This document shows positions 17,173-27,955 of a DNA stretch of 64,000 bases, in pieces. The first letter of the stretch is position 1. Each line of letters starts with the position of its first letter. The DNA comes from Burkholderiales bacterium (lineage in GTDB: Bacteria; Pseudomonadota; Gammaproteobacteria; Burkholderiales; Burkholderiaceae_C), in the NCBI GenBank assembly GCA_021414305.1, contig JAIOOS010000001.1:10694-74693 (forward strand). Reading direction: 5' to 3'. Under the pieces are notes generated by a model. The model saw nothing but the letters and a program-made list of their open reading frames with translations, was not told where the DNA came from and searched no databases. Both the position numbers and the translations under genes were made by a program.

Positions 17173-17775
17173 ATGGACCCGATCTCGAGTCGCCTGCTCG
17201 TTGCCGCACTGGCAGCGGGATTTCCGCTCCTCGCCGGCGCGCAGGCACTGCCCGACGATTGCAGCTCGGCCGCGGCGCCGAAGCAGCCGGTGGAAGCCTC
17301 GATCCTCGGCACGAAGTTCACGCCGAAGGCGGTGAACTTGCGCTCGACGGGCTATGTCAAGACCGAGAGCGAGCAATTCGATTCGTACCGTCTGGAGCTG
17401 ATGAGCGAAGACGGCATCTCGGCGCCGCTCGAGGTCGGCGTGACGTTCATCGTGCCCAAGGGCGCGAAGATCGAGGGCAAGGTGTTCCGGCGGCTCGCGA
17501 CCAAGGACCGCTCCAGGCAGCCGATGGCTTCGAAGGCGGGATCCGAGATCGAGGTCCAGGGCTGGTCGTTCAAGAACCGCCCGGCGAAGGCCGATTCGGA
17601 CCACACCGGTCATCTCGCGTCGCTGCGGCTCGAGTTCGGCCAGCGCAAGGGCGACACGATCCCCGGAAACATCTACCTGTGCGTGGCGCGAGGCCAGACG
17701 ACGATGTTCGACAAGACGCCGACGAAAGAGGAAAGCTACGCCGTCGGCGCATTCGTGGCGAAGATCGACAAGTAG
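17173..17775 (+). CDS. Hypothetical exported protein
   Basis: AAGGAAG RBS; signal peptide ending AQA; good codon usage; no family recognised. Confidence 0.7.
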   Translation: MDPISSRLLVAALAAGFPLLAGAQALPDDCSSAAAPKQPVEASILGTKFTPKAVNLRSTGYVKTESEQFDSYRLELMSEDGISAPLEVGVTFIVPKGAKIEGKVFRRLATKDRSRQPMASKAGSEIEVQGWSFKNRPAKADSDHTGHLASLRLEFGQRKGDTIPGNIYLCVARGQTTMFDKTPTKEESYAVGAFVAKIDK

Positions 17776-17854
17776 ACGACCTGGCGCAAGGCGCGCGTCC
17801 GCCGTCGAGCGCGACGACGATCTCGCGCTGCCCGGGCGAACGCACGGGCGGCCG

Positions 17855-17872
17855 TGTCTCAACGGGTTTACA
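17855..17872. promoter_or_regulatory. PpsR/CrtJ site upstream of hip-bchIDO
   Basis: TGT-CTCAACGGGTTT-ACA = TGT-N12-ACA; an extra TGTCAA half-site at 17880. Confidence 0.75.
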
Positions 17873-17943
17873 GTGTCAGTGTCAACCAATCGGCAGCCGC
17901 GGCCGTGAAGTTGCCATGACCTGTCCCCTGCCACGGAGAACCC

Positions 17944-18255
17944 ATGAACTCTCGCCGTCTCTTCATTCGCCTCACCGTCCTCGGGGGCGCCGCGCTCCTG
18001 GCCGCGCGCGAGGCCCTGGCCGATGCGCCGGTGCTCGACGAAAAGGATCCGCAGGCGGTGGCCCTCGGCTACGTGGCCGACGCGGCCCGGGTCAACAAGG
18101 CGAAGTACCCCGCCTACACGGCGGGGCAGGCGTGCTCGAACTGCCAGTTCTATCAGGGCAAGGCCGGCAGTCCGATGGCGCCGTGCCCGCTCTACGGCGG
18201 CAAGCAGGTCGCCGCCAAGGGCTGGTGCAGCGCCTACGCCAAGAAGGTCGGCTAG
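17944..18255 (+). CDS. hip: High-potential iron-sulfur protein (HiPIP) with Tat signal
   Basis: SRRLFI twin-arginine signal; A.ALGYV.DA; C..C (CSNC) ...CPLY...GWCSAY four-Cys pattern. Confidence 0.93.
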   Translation: MNSRRLFIRLTVLGGAALLAAREALADAPVLDEKDPQAVALGYVADAARVNKAKYPAYTAGQACSNCQFYQGKAGSPMAPCPLYGGKQVAAKGWCSAYAKKVG

Positions 18256-18273
18256 GGCAGCGGCCGCCCGCGC

Positions 18274-19293
18274 ATGCGACTCGCCTTCCCGTTCTCGGCC
18301 ATCGTCGGCCAGGACGAGATGAAGCTGGCCATCCTGGTCGCCGCCGTCGATGCGACGGTCGGCGGCGTACTCGTCTTCGGTGATCGCGGCACCGGCAAGT
18401 CGACCGCGGTGCGGGCGCTGGCGGCGCTGCTGCCGAAGATGCGGGCCGTCGTCGGCTGCCCGTACGGCTGCGACCCCGCGGCGATGGCGGCTTCGTGCAG
18501 CTTCTGCGCCGGGGTCGGCGCGGCGGCGAAGTCGCGGCTCGTCCCGGTGCCGGTGGTCGACCTGCCGCTCGGCGCCACCGAGGACCGCGTGGTCGGCGCC
18601 CTCGATCTCGAGCGCGCGCTCTCGCATGGCGTCAAGTCGTTCGAGCCGGGCCTGCTTGCGCGGGCCAACCGCGGCTTTCTCTATGTCGATGAAGTCAACC
18701 TGCTCGAGGACCACCTCGTCGACCTGCTGATCGACGTGGCGGCTTCCGGCGAGAACGTGGTCGAGCGCGAAGGCTTGAGCGTTCGCCATCCGGCGCGCTT
18801 CGTCCTGGTCGGCAGCGGCAATCCCGAGGAAGGCGAGCTGCGGCCGCAACTGCTCGACCGCTTCGGCCTGTCGGTCGAGGTGACCACGCCCGCCGACCTG
18901 GCCTCGCGCATCGAGGTGGTCAAGCGGCGCGAAGCCTTCGAGCGCGACGGCGCAGCCTTCGTCGCGCACTGGCACAAGGAAGACGAGCGGGTTCGCCGAC
19001 GCATCGTCGCGGCCCGCGCGCGCATCGCCACGGTCGTCGTGCCGGACGCGACGCTCGAGCGCGGCGCGCGCCTGTGCATGGCGCTCGGCACCGACGGCCT
19101 GCGCGGCGAGCTGACGCTGATGCGCGCCGCCCGCGCCGTCGCCGCACTCGAGGGCGACGCGGTCGTCGGCGACGCCCACCTCAAGCGCGTCGCCGCCCCG
19201 GCGCTGCGCCATCGCCTTCGCCGCAACGTGCTGGACGACGCCGGCTCGACGGTTCGCGTCGAGCGCGCGGTGGCCGAGCTGTTCCCGGCCTGA
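18274..19293 (+). CDS. bchI: Magnesium chelatase ATPase subunit I
   Basis: FPFSAIVGQDEMK, GDRGTGKST, DLPLGATEDRVVG, ANRGFLYVDEVNLL, GSGNPEEGELRPQLLDRFG. Confidence 0.97.
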   Translation: MRLAFPFSAIVGQDEMKLAILVAAVDATVGGVLVFGDRGTGKSTAVRALAALLPKMRAVVGCPYGCDPAAMAASCSFCAGVGAAAKSRLVPVPVVDLPLGATEDRVVGALDLERALSHGVKSFEPGLLARANRGFLYVDEVNLLEDHLVDLLIDVAASGENVVEREGLSVRHPARFVLVGSGNPEEGELRPQLLDRFGLSVEVTTPADLASRIEVVKRREAFERDGAAFVAHWHKEDERVRRRIVAARARIATVVVPDATLERGARLCMALGTDGLRGELTLMRAARAVAALEGDAVVGDAHLKRVAAPALRHRLRRNVLDDAGSTVRVERAVAELFPA

Positions 19294-19329
19294 GCCGGGC
19301 CGGATACCGGGGGCAGCGCGCCGGCCGTC

Positions 19330-21201
19330 ATGACTCCCGGCAGCGATTCGCCCTCCATCCCGGTTTCCGAGGCCGCGGCCGCGGCGTGGCTCGCGGTCCG
19401 CCTGTTCGCGATCGATCCGGCGGCCCTCGGCGGGATCGTCGTGCGCGCGGCCGCGGGGCCGGTGCGTGATCGCTGGCTCGCCGACCTGCGCGCGGCGCTG
19501 CCGGCGGGGACGCCGTGGCGAGCGGTACCGGTGCACGTCGACGAGGAGCGGCTGCTCGGCGGCATCGACCTCGCCGCGACCTTGCAAGGCGGCCGGCCGG
19601 TCGCGCAGCGCGGCGTGCTCGCGGAATCCGACGGCGGAGTCGTGCTCCTGGCGATGGCCGAGCGCGCTGCGCGGGCGACGGTCGCTCACCTGGCGGCCGC
19701 GCTCGACCAGGGCGAGGTCGTCTGCGCCCGGGACGGGATCGCGCTGCGCGAGCCGGCCCGCTTCGGCGTGCTCGCGCTCGACGAGAGCGCCGAAGACGAC
19801 GCGCCGGTCAGCGACGTCCTGCTCGACCGCTGCGCCTTCCATGTCGACCTGCGGGCCGTCGCCTGGCGCGAGCTCGAGCACCTGCGCGACGAGCCGGCGC
19901 GGGTCGGCATCGCCGCCGCGCGTGCGCTCTATCCGCGGGTCATCGCCGAGGCGCCGGTGGTCGAGGCCCTGTGCGCCGCGGCGCAGGCGCTCGGCGTGAT
20001 GTCGGTCCGCGCCTGCCTGTTCGCGCTGCGCGCGGCCCGGTTGGCCGCCGCCTCGGCCGGCCGCACGACGGTGTCGGACGAGGACGCGACGCTGGCCGCC
20101 CGGCTCGTTCTCGGACCTCGCGCCACGCGCCTGCCGGCACCGCCGGAGCAGAGCGAGGATCAGGCAGCCGAATCGGAGGCAGCCGATCGCTCGGAGAACG
20201 ACTCGGAAGAGTCGGCCGACGCCGCTCGCGACGCCACCGCGGACGCGGAAGATGCTGCCGACCCGCCCGGACCGACAGAGCCTGCCGCCGAAGCCCTCGA
20301 CGATCGCGTGCTCGCCGCCGCTGCGGCGGCCATTCCGGCCGGCTTGCTGGCCCGGCTCACCGCGCTCGATGCCCGGGGCATGACGCGACTCGCATCGGGC
20401 CGCGCGGGCGCCTTGCAGAAGAGCCGCAACCGCGGTCGTCCGGCAGGGGTTCGACGCGAGCGGCCCCGCGGCGGCGCACGCCTCGACGTGATCGCAACGC
20501 TGCGCGCGGCGGTGCCCTGGCAGAAGCTGCGCGGCCGAGAAAGCAGCGCGCCGACCGCAGGCGAGGGCGCATCGCCGTTGCGCATCCGCGCCGAGGACTT
20601 TCACGTCGGCCGCTTCAAGCAACGCGGGCGCACCACCACCGTGTTCGCCGTCGACGCCTCCGGCTCGTCGGCCCTGCATCGGCTCGCCGAGGCGAAGGGC
20701 GCGGTCGAGCTGCTGCTGGCCGAGTGCTACGTGCGCCGCGACAGCGTCGCGGTCATCGGCTTTCGCGGCCGCGACGCGGAGCTGCTGTTGCCGCCGACGC
20801 GCTCGCTGGTGCGGGCGAAGCGCTCGCTGGCCGAGCTGCCGGGCGGTGGCGGAACGCCGCTCGCCGCCGGCCTCGACGCGGCGCGCGAGCTGGCCGTCGC
20901 CCTGCGCCGGCGCGGCGAGACGCCGGTGGTCGTCGTGCTGAGCGACGGTCGCGCCAACGTCGCGCGCGACGGCAGCCCCGGCCGGCCGCGCGCCGAGGCC
21001 GAGGCCCGCGGCGCCGCGCGGACGATCCGCGAGGAGGGCGTCGTTGCGCTCTTCATCGACACCTCGGCGCAGCCGCATCCGCTGGCGCGCGAGCTGGCCA
21101 CCGAGATGGGCGCCCGCTACCTGCCGTTGCCGCACGCAGAGGCCGCTTCGCTCTCAGCCGCCGTGCGGAGCGCCGCGCTGCCGGGCGAGCGCAGGCGCTG
21201 A
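19330..21201 (+). CDS. bchD: Magnesium chelatase subunit D
   Basis: Degenerate AAA N-terminus, acidic Pro-rich linker, vWA domain with DASGS MIDAS, GGGGTPL, SDGRAN. Confidence 0.95.
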   Translation: MTPGSDSPSIPVSEAAAAAWLAVRLFAIDPAALGGIVVRAAAGPVRDRWLADLRAALPAGTPWRAVPVHVDEERLLGGIDLAATLQGGRPVAQRGVLAESDGGVVLLAMAERAARATVAHLAAALDQGEVVCARDGIALREPARFGVLALDESAEDDAPVSDVLLDRCAFHVDLRAVAWRELEHLRDEPARVGIAAARALYPRVIAEAPVVEALCAAAQALGVMSVRACLFALRAARLAAASAGRTTVSDEDATLAARLVLGPRATRLPAPPEQSEDQAAESEAADRSENDSEESADAARDATADAEDAADPPGPTEPAAEALDDRVLAAAAAAIPAGLLARLTALDARGMTRLASGRAGALQKSRNRGRPAGVRRERPRGGARLDVIATLRAAVPWQKLRGRESSAPTAGEGASPLRIRAEDFHVGRFKQRGRTTTVFAVDASGSSALHRLAEAKGAVELLLAECYVRRDSVAVIGFRGRDAELLLPPTRSLVRAKRSLAELPGGGGTPLAAGLDAARELAVALRRRGETPVVVVLSDGRANVARDGSPGRPRAEAEARGAARTIREEGVVALFIDTSAQPHPLARELATEMGARYLPLPHAEAASLSAAVRSAALPGERRR

Positions 21202-21208
21202 GGTCGCG

Positions 21209-22090
21209 ATGCCGGCCGGGCTGGAGTGGGAACGCGACGGCGCGGCCTGGCCGAACCGCGAGGCGAGCCGCTTCGTCCCCGCCGGCGGCCTGCGCTGGCA
21301 CGTGCAGACGCGCGGCCAGGGACCGGCCGTCCTGCTGCTGCACGGCACCGGCGCCTCCTCCCATTCCTGGCGTGACCTGCTGCCGCTGCTCGGCGAGCGC
21401 TTCACCGTGATCGCGCCCGACCTGCCCGGACACGGCTTCACCTCGAAGGCCGTTGGCGACGGCATGTCGCTGCCCGGCATGGGCAGGCTCGTCGCCCAGC
21501 TGTTGAAGGTGCTCGGTGTCGAGCCGGAGTTCGTGGTCGGCCACTCCGCTGGCGCCGCGATCGCGGCCCGCATGAGCCTCGACGGTCGGCTCGCGCCGCG
21601 GGCCCTGGTCAGCCTCAACGGCGCCTTCCTGCCGTTCGCCGGCGCGCTGCGCGTGTTCTCGCCGGTGGCGAAGTTTCTCGCCTCGACTTCGCTTGCCGCT
21701 CGCCTCGCCGCGGTTCGGGCGCGCGATCCGCGGGCGGTCGGCCGCCTGCTGGCGTCGACCGGGTCGACGCTCGACGCGCGCGGCACCGCGCTCTACGCGC
21801 AGCTCGTGCAGAGCGCCGGTCACGTCGCCGGTGCCCTGGCGATGATGGCGAGCTGGGACCTCGACGGGCTGCCGCGCGAGCTCCGACGGCTCTCCGCGCT
21901 GGTGCTGCTGCTCGTGGGCGAGAACGACCTGACCGTGTCGCCGCAGCAGGCGTCGCGCGTGGCGGCGCTGCTGCCGCACGCCGAAGTCGAACGCCTGCCG
22001 GGCCTCGGCCACCTGGCGCACGAGGAACAGCCGCAGCTCGTGGCCGAGCGGATCTGCGCGTTCCTCGGCCGGGCCTCAGCCGCCGCCTGA
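21209..22090 (+). CDS. bchO: Alpha/beta hydrolase BchO
   Basis: WPNREASRFV, LLHGTGAS.HSW, DLPGHGF, GHSAG nucleophile elbow, GHLAHEE; follows bchD. Confidence 0.92.
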   Translation: MPAGLEWERDGAAWPNREASRFVPAGGLRWHVQTRGQGPAVLLLHGTGASSHSWRDLLPLLGERFTVIAPDLPGHGFTSKAVGDGMSLPGMGRLVAQLLKVLGVEPEFVVGHSAGAAIAARMSLDGRLAPRALVSLNGAFLPFAGALRVFSPVAKFLASTSLAARLAAVRARDPRAVGRLLASTGSTLDARGTALYAQLVQSAGHVAGALAMMASWDLDGLPRELRRLSALVLLLVGENDLTVSPQQASRVAALLPHAEVERLPGLGHLAHEEQPQLVAERICAFLGRASAAA

Positions 22091-23020
22091 AGCTTCGATC
22101 AAGGGCGCGTCGTGGGCGCGCAGGTAGGCCTCGCCGTTTTCGAGCATCGCGTAGCGGAACGCCTCGGCGGCGGGCGAGAGCACCTTGGAGAGCAGGTGCA
22201 CCAGGTTCCAGGTCTTGACGATCGGCGTGCCCTCGACCTCCAGGCGCGCGATCAGGCCGTTGCGCAATTCCAGACCCAGGGTGTGCAGCGAGAGGAAGCT
22301 CAGGCCCAGGCCCGCCATCACCGCCTGCTTGATCGTCTCGTTGCTCGACATCTCCATGGCGATGCGTGGCCGGAAGCCCTGCGCCTCGAAGAACTCTTCC
22401 ATCGCCTTGCGCGTGCCCGAGCCGGGCTCGCGGACGATGAAGGGCAGGTCGGCGAGGAGCGCCACGGGCAGCGATTCGCGGCCGAGCAGGCGATGGCCGA
22501 CCGGCGCGACAAAGACGAGAGGATGGGCGGCGAACGGCTCGCTGCGGGTCGCCATTTCCTTGGGTGGCCGGCCCATCACCGCCAGGTCGATCTCGCCTTC
22601 GTGCAGCAGCGCCAGCAGCTGCTCGCGGTTGCCGCTCACCTGCAGGCGAACCTCGACGCTCGGATGTTCTTCGCAGAACTGCGCCAGCAGGCGCGGCACG
22701 AAGTACTTGGCGGTGCTGACGAGGCCGACGTCGAGGCGGCCGCCCTCGACCCGGCGCAGGCGCGCCATCGCGTCCTCGGCGTCCTTCAGCGTCGCCAGCA
22801 GCCGCTTGGCATAGATCAGGAAGTACTCGCCGGTCGTCGTCAGCGAGATGGCCCGGCCGCGCCGGTCGAAGAGCGGCAGGCCGAGCGCGGATTCGAGCTC
22901 CTTGACCTGCATCGTCACCGCGGGAGGGGTCAGGTGCAGGGCCTCGGCCGCACGGACGAAGCTGAGCCGCCGGGCCACCTCCGAGAAGACCCGCAGTTGG
23001 CGGAACGTGACGTTCTTCAT
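22076..23020 (-). CDS. cbbR: LysR-family regulator of the cbb operon
   Basis: MKNVTFRQLRVF, SFVRAAEALHLTPPAVTMQVK, STAKYFVPRLL, REPGSGTR, SNETIKQAV; divergent from cbbL. Confidence 0.93.
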   Translation of the reverse strand: MKNVTFRQLRVFSEVARRLSFVRAAEALHLTPPAVTMQVKELESALGLPLFDRRGRAISLTTTGEYFLIYAKRLLATLKDAEDAMARLRRVEGGRLDVGLVSTAKYFVPRLLAQFCEEHPSVEVRLQVSGNREQLLALLHEGEIDLAVMGRPPKEMATRSEPFAAHPLVFVAPVGHRLLGRESLPVALLADLPFIVREPGSGTRKAMEEFFEAQGFRPRIAMEMSSNETIKQAVMAGLGLSFLSLHTLGLELRNGLIARLEVEGTPIVKTWNLVHLLSKVLSPAAEAFRYAMLENGEAYLRAHDAPLIEASGGG

Positions 23021-23033
23021 TAAGCGTTCCTGA
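23021..23033. promoter_or_regulatory. Putative CbbR (LysR) box in the cbbR-cbbL intergenic region
   Basis: TAA-GCGTTCC-TGA (TNA-N7-TNA, T-N11-A) immediately upstream of the cbbR start. Confidence 0.45.
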
Positions 23034-23055
23034 ATCGAAGCGCAAGCAAGTTTGA

Positions 23056-24606
<1,551 letters not shown>

Positions 24607-24619
24607 GGAGCCGCCGATC

Positions 24620-25057
24620 ATGATGACCAACACCGGGCAGCGCCTGACGCAGGGCCAGTTCTCCTTCCTGCCCGACCTGAGCGACGCGCAGATCGCGGCC
24701 CAGGTCGACTACGCCCTCGGCAAGGGCTGGGCGATCGGCATCGAGTACACCGACGACCCGCATCCGAGGAATACGTACTGGGAGATGTTCGGCAACCCGA
24801 TGTTCGACCTGCGCGACGCCGCGGCGATCGTGATGCACATCGGCGAATGCCGGAAGACCTTCCCCAACCACTACGTGCGCGTCACTGCCTTCGACGCGAC
24901 GCGCGGCTGGGAGACGCCGCGCATGTCGTATCTCGTCAACCGGCCGAAGCGCGAGCCGGGCTTCGGCCTGGCGCGCACCGAGATGGAGGGCCGCAACATC
25001 CGCTACCGCATTTCCTCGTACGCGACCGATCGTCCGGAAGGCGAGCGCTACGAGTGA
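24620..25057 (+). CDS. cbbS: RuBisCO small subunit, red-type
   Basis: [45 protein letters not shown] beta-hairpin extension. Confidence 0.97.
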   Translation: MMTNTGQRLTQGQFSFLPDLSDAQIAAQVDYALGKGWAIGIEYTDDPHPRNTYWEMFGNPMFDLRDAAAIVMHIGECRKTFPNHYVRVTAFDATRGWETPRMSYLVNRPKREPGFGLARTEMEGRNIRYRISSYATDRPEGERYE

Positions 25058-25959
25058 GCGCGACCGCCGCCCCGCGCACCGTCGCCGAGGTCCTGGCCGA
25101 GAGCCAGGTCGAGGCCATCCTCGGCGAGCTCGACCGCGACCTGGTCGGCCTGGCGCCGGTGAAGGCGCGGATCCGCGACATCGCGGCGCTCCTCGTCATC
25201 GACAAGCTGCGCGCCGACCTCGGCCTTTCGGCCGAGAACCCGTCGCTGCACATGAGCTTCACCGGCAACCCGGGCACCGGCAAGACCTCGGTGGCGATGC
25301 GGATGGCGAAGATCCTGCATGGCCTCGGGTATGTGCGCAAAGGTCACCTGGTGGCGGTGACGCGCGACGACCTCGTCGGCCAGTACATCGGCCACACCGC
25401 ACCGAAGACGCGCGAGGTGCTCAAGCGCGCCATGGGCGGGGTGCTCTTCATCGACGAGGCCTACTACCTCTACCGGCCGGAGAACGAGCGCGACTACGGC
25501 CAGGAAGCGATCGAGATCCTGCTGCAGACGATGGAGAACCAGCGCGACGACCTGGTCGTGATCTTCGCCGGCTACGGCTCGCGGATGGAGACCTTCTTCA
25601 AGTCGAACGCGGGCCTCAGCTCGCGCATCGCCCACCACCTGGAGTTTCCCGACTACGACGAGCCCGAGCTGCTGCAGATCGCCGACCGCATGCTCGAGGA
25701 GCGCAGCTACCGCTTCGGTGCCGACGCGCGCGACGCCTTCGCCGAGTACCTGCACCGGCGCCTCGGCCAGCCGCACTTCGCCAACGCGCGCAGCGTGCGC
25801 AACGCGCTCGACCGGGCGCGGCTGCGCCAGGCGAGCCGGCTGTTCGCCGAGCGCGAGCGCGCGCTGACCCGGGAGGAGCTGACGACGATCGTGCCCGAGG
25901 ACATCCGCGCCAGCCGCCTGTTCGCCGCCCGTCCGGCGGAAGCGGAGGCCAACCCGTGA
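25054..25959 (+). CDS. cbbX: Red-type RuBisCO activase (AAA+)
   Basis: GTG start overlapping the cbbS stop; [51 protein letters not shown]. Confidence 0.96.
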   Translation: MSATAAPRTVAEVLAESQVEAILGELDRDLVGLAPVKARIRDIAALLVIDKLRADLGLSAENPSLHMSFTGNPGTGKTSVAMRMAKILHGLGYVRKGHLVAVTRDDLVGQYIGHTAPKTREVLKRAMGGVLFIDEAYYLYRPENERDYGQEAIEILLQTMENQRDDLVVIFAGYGSRMETFFKSNAGLSSRIAHHLEFPDYDEPELLQIADRMLEERSYRFGADARDAFAEYLHRRLGQPHFANARSVRNALDRARLRQASRLFAERERALTREELTTIVPEDIRASRLFAARPAEAEANP

Positions 25960-26996
25960 CCATTCGCCTGGCGGAGTGGCTCGACGACCAGCCGGCCGCG
26001 CTCGGCGACGTGATCTCCGCGCTGGCGCTCGCCTGCCAGGAAATATCGACCGCGATCTCGCTCGGGCCGCTCGCGGGCCTGCACGGCAAGGGCGAGGGCC
26101 ACAACACGCACGGCGAGGCGCAGCACAAGCTCGATGTCTTCGCCGATCGCTGCATCGCCGGCACGCTGGCGGTCTCGCACCACGTGGCCGGCTGGGCGAG
26201 CGAGGAGCAGGAGCTGCCCACGCTCTCGCCGAGCCATGGCGAGCAGGGCGAGTACCTGGTGGTGTTCGACCCGCTCGACGGCTCCTCGAACATCGACGCC
26301 AACATCAGCGTCGGCACGATCTTCTCGGTGCTGAAGCATCCGTTTCGCGGCACGCCGCCGGGCGAGGCGGGGTTCCTGCAACCCGGGCGGCGCCAGGTGG
26401 CCGCGGGCTATGCGGTGTACGGGCCGGCCACCCTGCTGGTGCTTTCGTGCGGTGACGGCGTCGCCGCGTTCACGCTCGATCGGCGCGAGCGCGTCTGGCA
26501 GCTCACGAGCCCGGAGCTGCGCATTTCCGAGCAGACGCGCGAGTTCGCGATCAACGCCTCGAACCAGCGCTTCTGGGAAAAGCCGGTGCAGCGCTATGTC
26601 GCCGAATGCCTGGCCGGCACCGAGGGTCCGCGCGCAGCCGACTTCAACATGCGCTGGGTGGCCAGCCTGGTCGCCGAGGTGCACCGGATCTTCAGCCGCG
26701 GCGGTGTCTTCATGTACCCGCGCGACAACAAGGAGCCGAGGAAGGCCGGGCGGCTGCGCCTGATGTACGAGGCGGCGCCGATGGCCTTTCTGGTCGAGCA
26801 GGCGGGCGGCGCGGCCGTCACCGGCACCCAGGCCCTGCTCGACATCGTGCCCGACACGCTGCACCAGAAGGTGCCCGTGATCCTCGGCTCCAAGGGCGAG
26901 GTCGAGCGGATCGTCCGCTACCACGCCGACCCGCACGAGAACACGCACTGGCCGCTGTTCAAGGAGCGGTCGCTCTTCGTTCCGCCCGCCGGCTGA
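25956..26996 (+). CDS. cbbF: Fructose-1,6-bisphosphatase class 1
   Basis: [51 protein letters not shown]. Confidence 0.95.
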   Translation: MTIRLAEWLDDQPAALGDVISALALACQEISTAISLGPLAGLHGKGEGHNTHGEAQHKLDVFADRCIAGTLAVSHHVAGWASEEQELPTLSPSHGEQGEYLVVFDPLDGSSNIDANISVGTIFSVLKHPFRGTPPGEAGFLQPGRRQVAAGYAVYGPATLLVLSCGDGVAAFTLDRRERVWQLTSPELRISEQTREFAINASNQRFWEKPVQRYVAECLAGTEGPRAADFNMRWVASLVAEVHRIFSRGGVFMYPRDNKEPRKAGRLRLMYEAAPMAFLVEQAGGAAVTGTQALLDIVPDTLHQKVPVILGSKGEVERIVRYHADPHENTHWPLFKERSLFVPPAG

Positions 26997-27019
26997 AGGC
27001 GCGCTCCGGAGAAAGCCGC

Positions 27020-27895
27020 ATGTCGAAGAAGCATCCCATCATCGCCGTCACCGGCTCGAGCGGGGCCGGCACGACGACGGTCAAGCGCGTGTTCGAGAAC
27101 ATCTTCCGCCGCGAAGGCATCTCCGCCGCGGTGATCGAGGGCGACGCGTTCCATCGCTATCCGCGCAAGGAGATGAAGGAGCTCATCGCCGCCGCCGACC
27201 GCGACGGCCGGCCGATGAGCCACTTCGGCCCGGAGGCGAACGAGTGGGGCGTGCTCGAGCAGCAGTTCCGCACCTACGGCGAGACCGGGCGCTGCGAGTC
27301 GCGCCTGTACCTGCACAGCGACGAGGAGGCGGCGCCGTGGAAGCAGCCGCCCGGCACCTTCACGCCCTGGCAGCAGACGCGGGCCGACACCGACCTGCTG
27401 TTCTACGAAGGCCTGCACGGCTGCGTGAAGACGGGCGATGTCGACCTGGTCCGCCACGTCGACCTGAAGCTCGGCGTGGTGCCGATCATCAACCTCGAAT
27501 GGATCCAGAAGATCCACCGCGACACCCGCGACCGCGGCTACTCCAAGGAAGGCGTGACCGACACCATCCTGCGCCGGATGCACGACTACGTGCACTACAT
27601 CTGCCCGCAGTTCGGCGAGACCGACATCAACTTCCAGCGCGTGCCGATCGTCGACACCTCCGATCCGTTCATCGCCCGCGACATTCCCACCGCGGGGGAG
27701 AGCGTCGTCGTCGTCCGCTTCCGCAACCCGCGCGGCATCGACTTCTCGTACCTGCTGGCGATGATCGACCAGTCGTACATGTCGCGCGCCAACACCATCG
27801 TCGTGCCCGGCGCGCGCATGGACCTGGCGATGCAGCTGATCCTCACCCCGCTGATCCTTCGCCTGATGGACATTCGCCGGGCGCAGCACCACTAG
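27020..27895 (+). CDS. cbbP: Phosphoribulokinase (proteobacterial type)
   Basis: MSKKHPIIAVTGSSGAGTT, EGDAFHRY, LLFYEGLHG, INLEWIQKIHRD, INFQRVP.VDTS. Confidence 0.97.
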   Translation: MSKKHPIIAVTGSSGAGTTTVKRVFENIFRREGISAAVIEGDAFHRYPRKEMKELIAAADRDGRPMSHFGPEANEWGVLEQQFRTYGETGRCESRLYLHSDEEAAPWKQPPGTFTPWQQTRADTDLLFYEGLHGCVKTGDVDLVRHVDLKLGVVPIINLEWIQKIHRDTRDRGYSKEGVTDTILRRMHDYVHYICPQFGETDINFQRVPIVDTSDPFIARDIPTAGESVVVVRFRNPRGIDFSYLLAMIDQSYMSRANTIVVPGARMDLAMQLILTPLILRLMDIRRAQHH

Positions 27896-27921
27896 GCCCT
27901 CACCGAGCGGATATCCGGGGT

Positions 27922-27939
27922 TGTCAGAATGATCTGACA
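27922..27939. promoter_or_regulatory. PpsR/CrtJ site upstream of crtI
   Basis: TGTCAG-AATGAT-CTGACA, a TGT-N12-ACA site with perfect 6-bp arms. Confidence 0.85.
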
Positions 27940-27955
27940 CTCCTAGGATCAGACA

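Noticed and set aside
13276-18255. Idea of photoarsenotrophy (ars genes next to HiPIP and the PGC)
   Set aside because: No aioAB or arxAB molybdoenzyme in the window; the genes present are detoxification types only
20140-20290. Low-complexity acidic/Pro stretch in bchD as a possible insertion
   Set aside because: This is the normal acidic proline-rich linker of BchD/ChlD
16762-21135. 1457-aa minus-strand ORF and similar giant ORFs (26918-29584, 27244-29943, 56041-59625, 4550-7339)
   Set aside because: Antisense or off-frame shadows of real high-GC genes (bchID, crtI, bchH etc.); Arg/Ala/Gly-rich with no motifs
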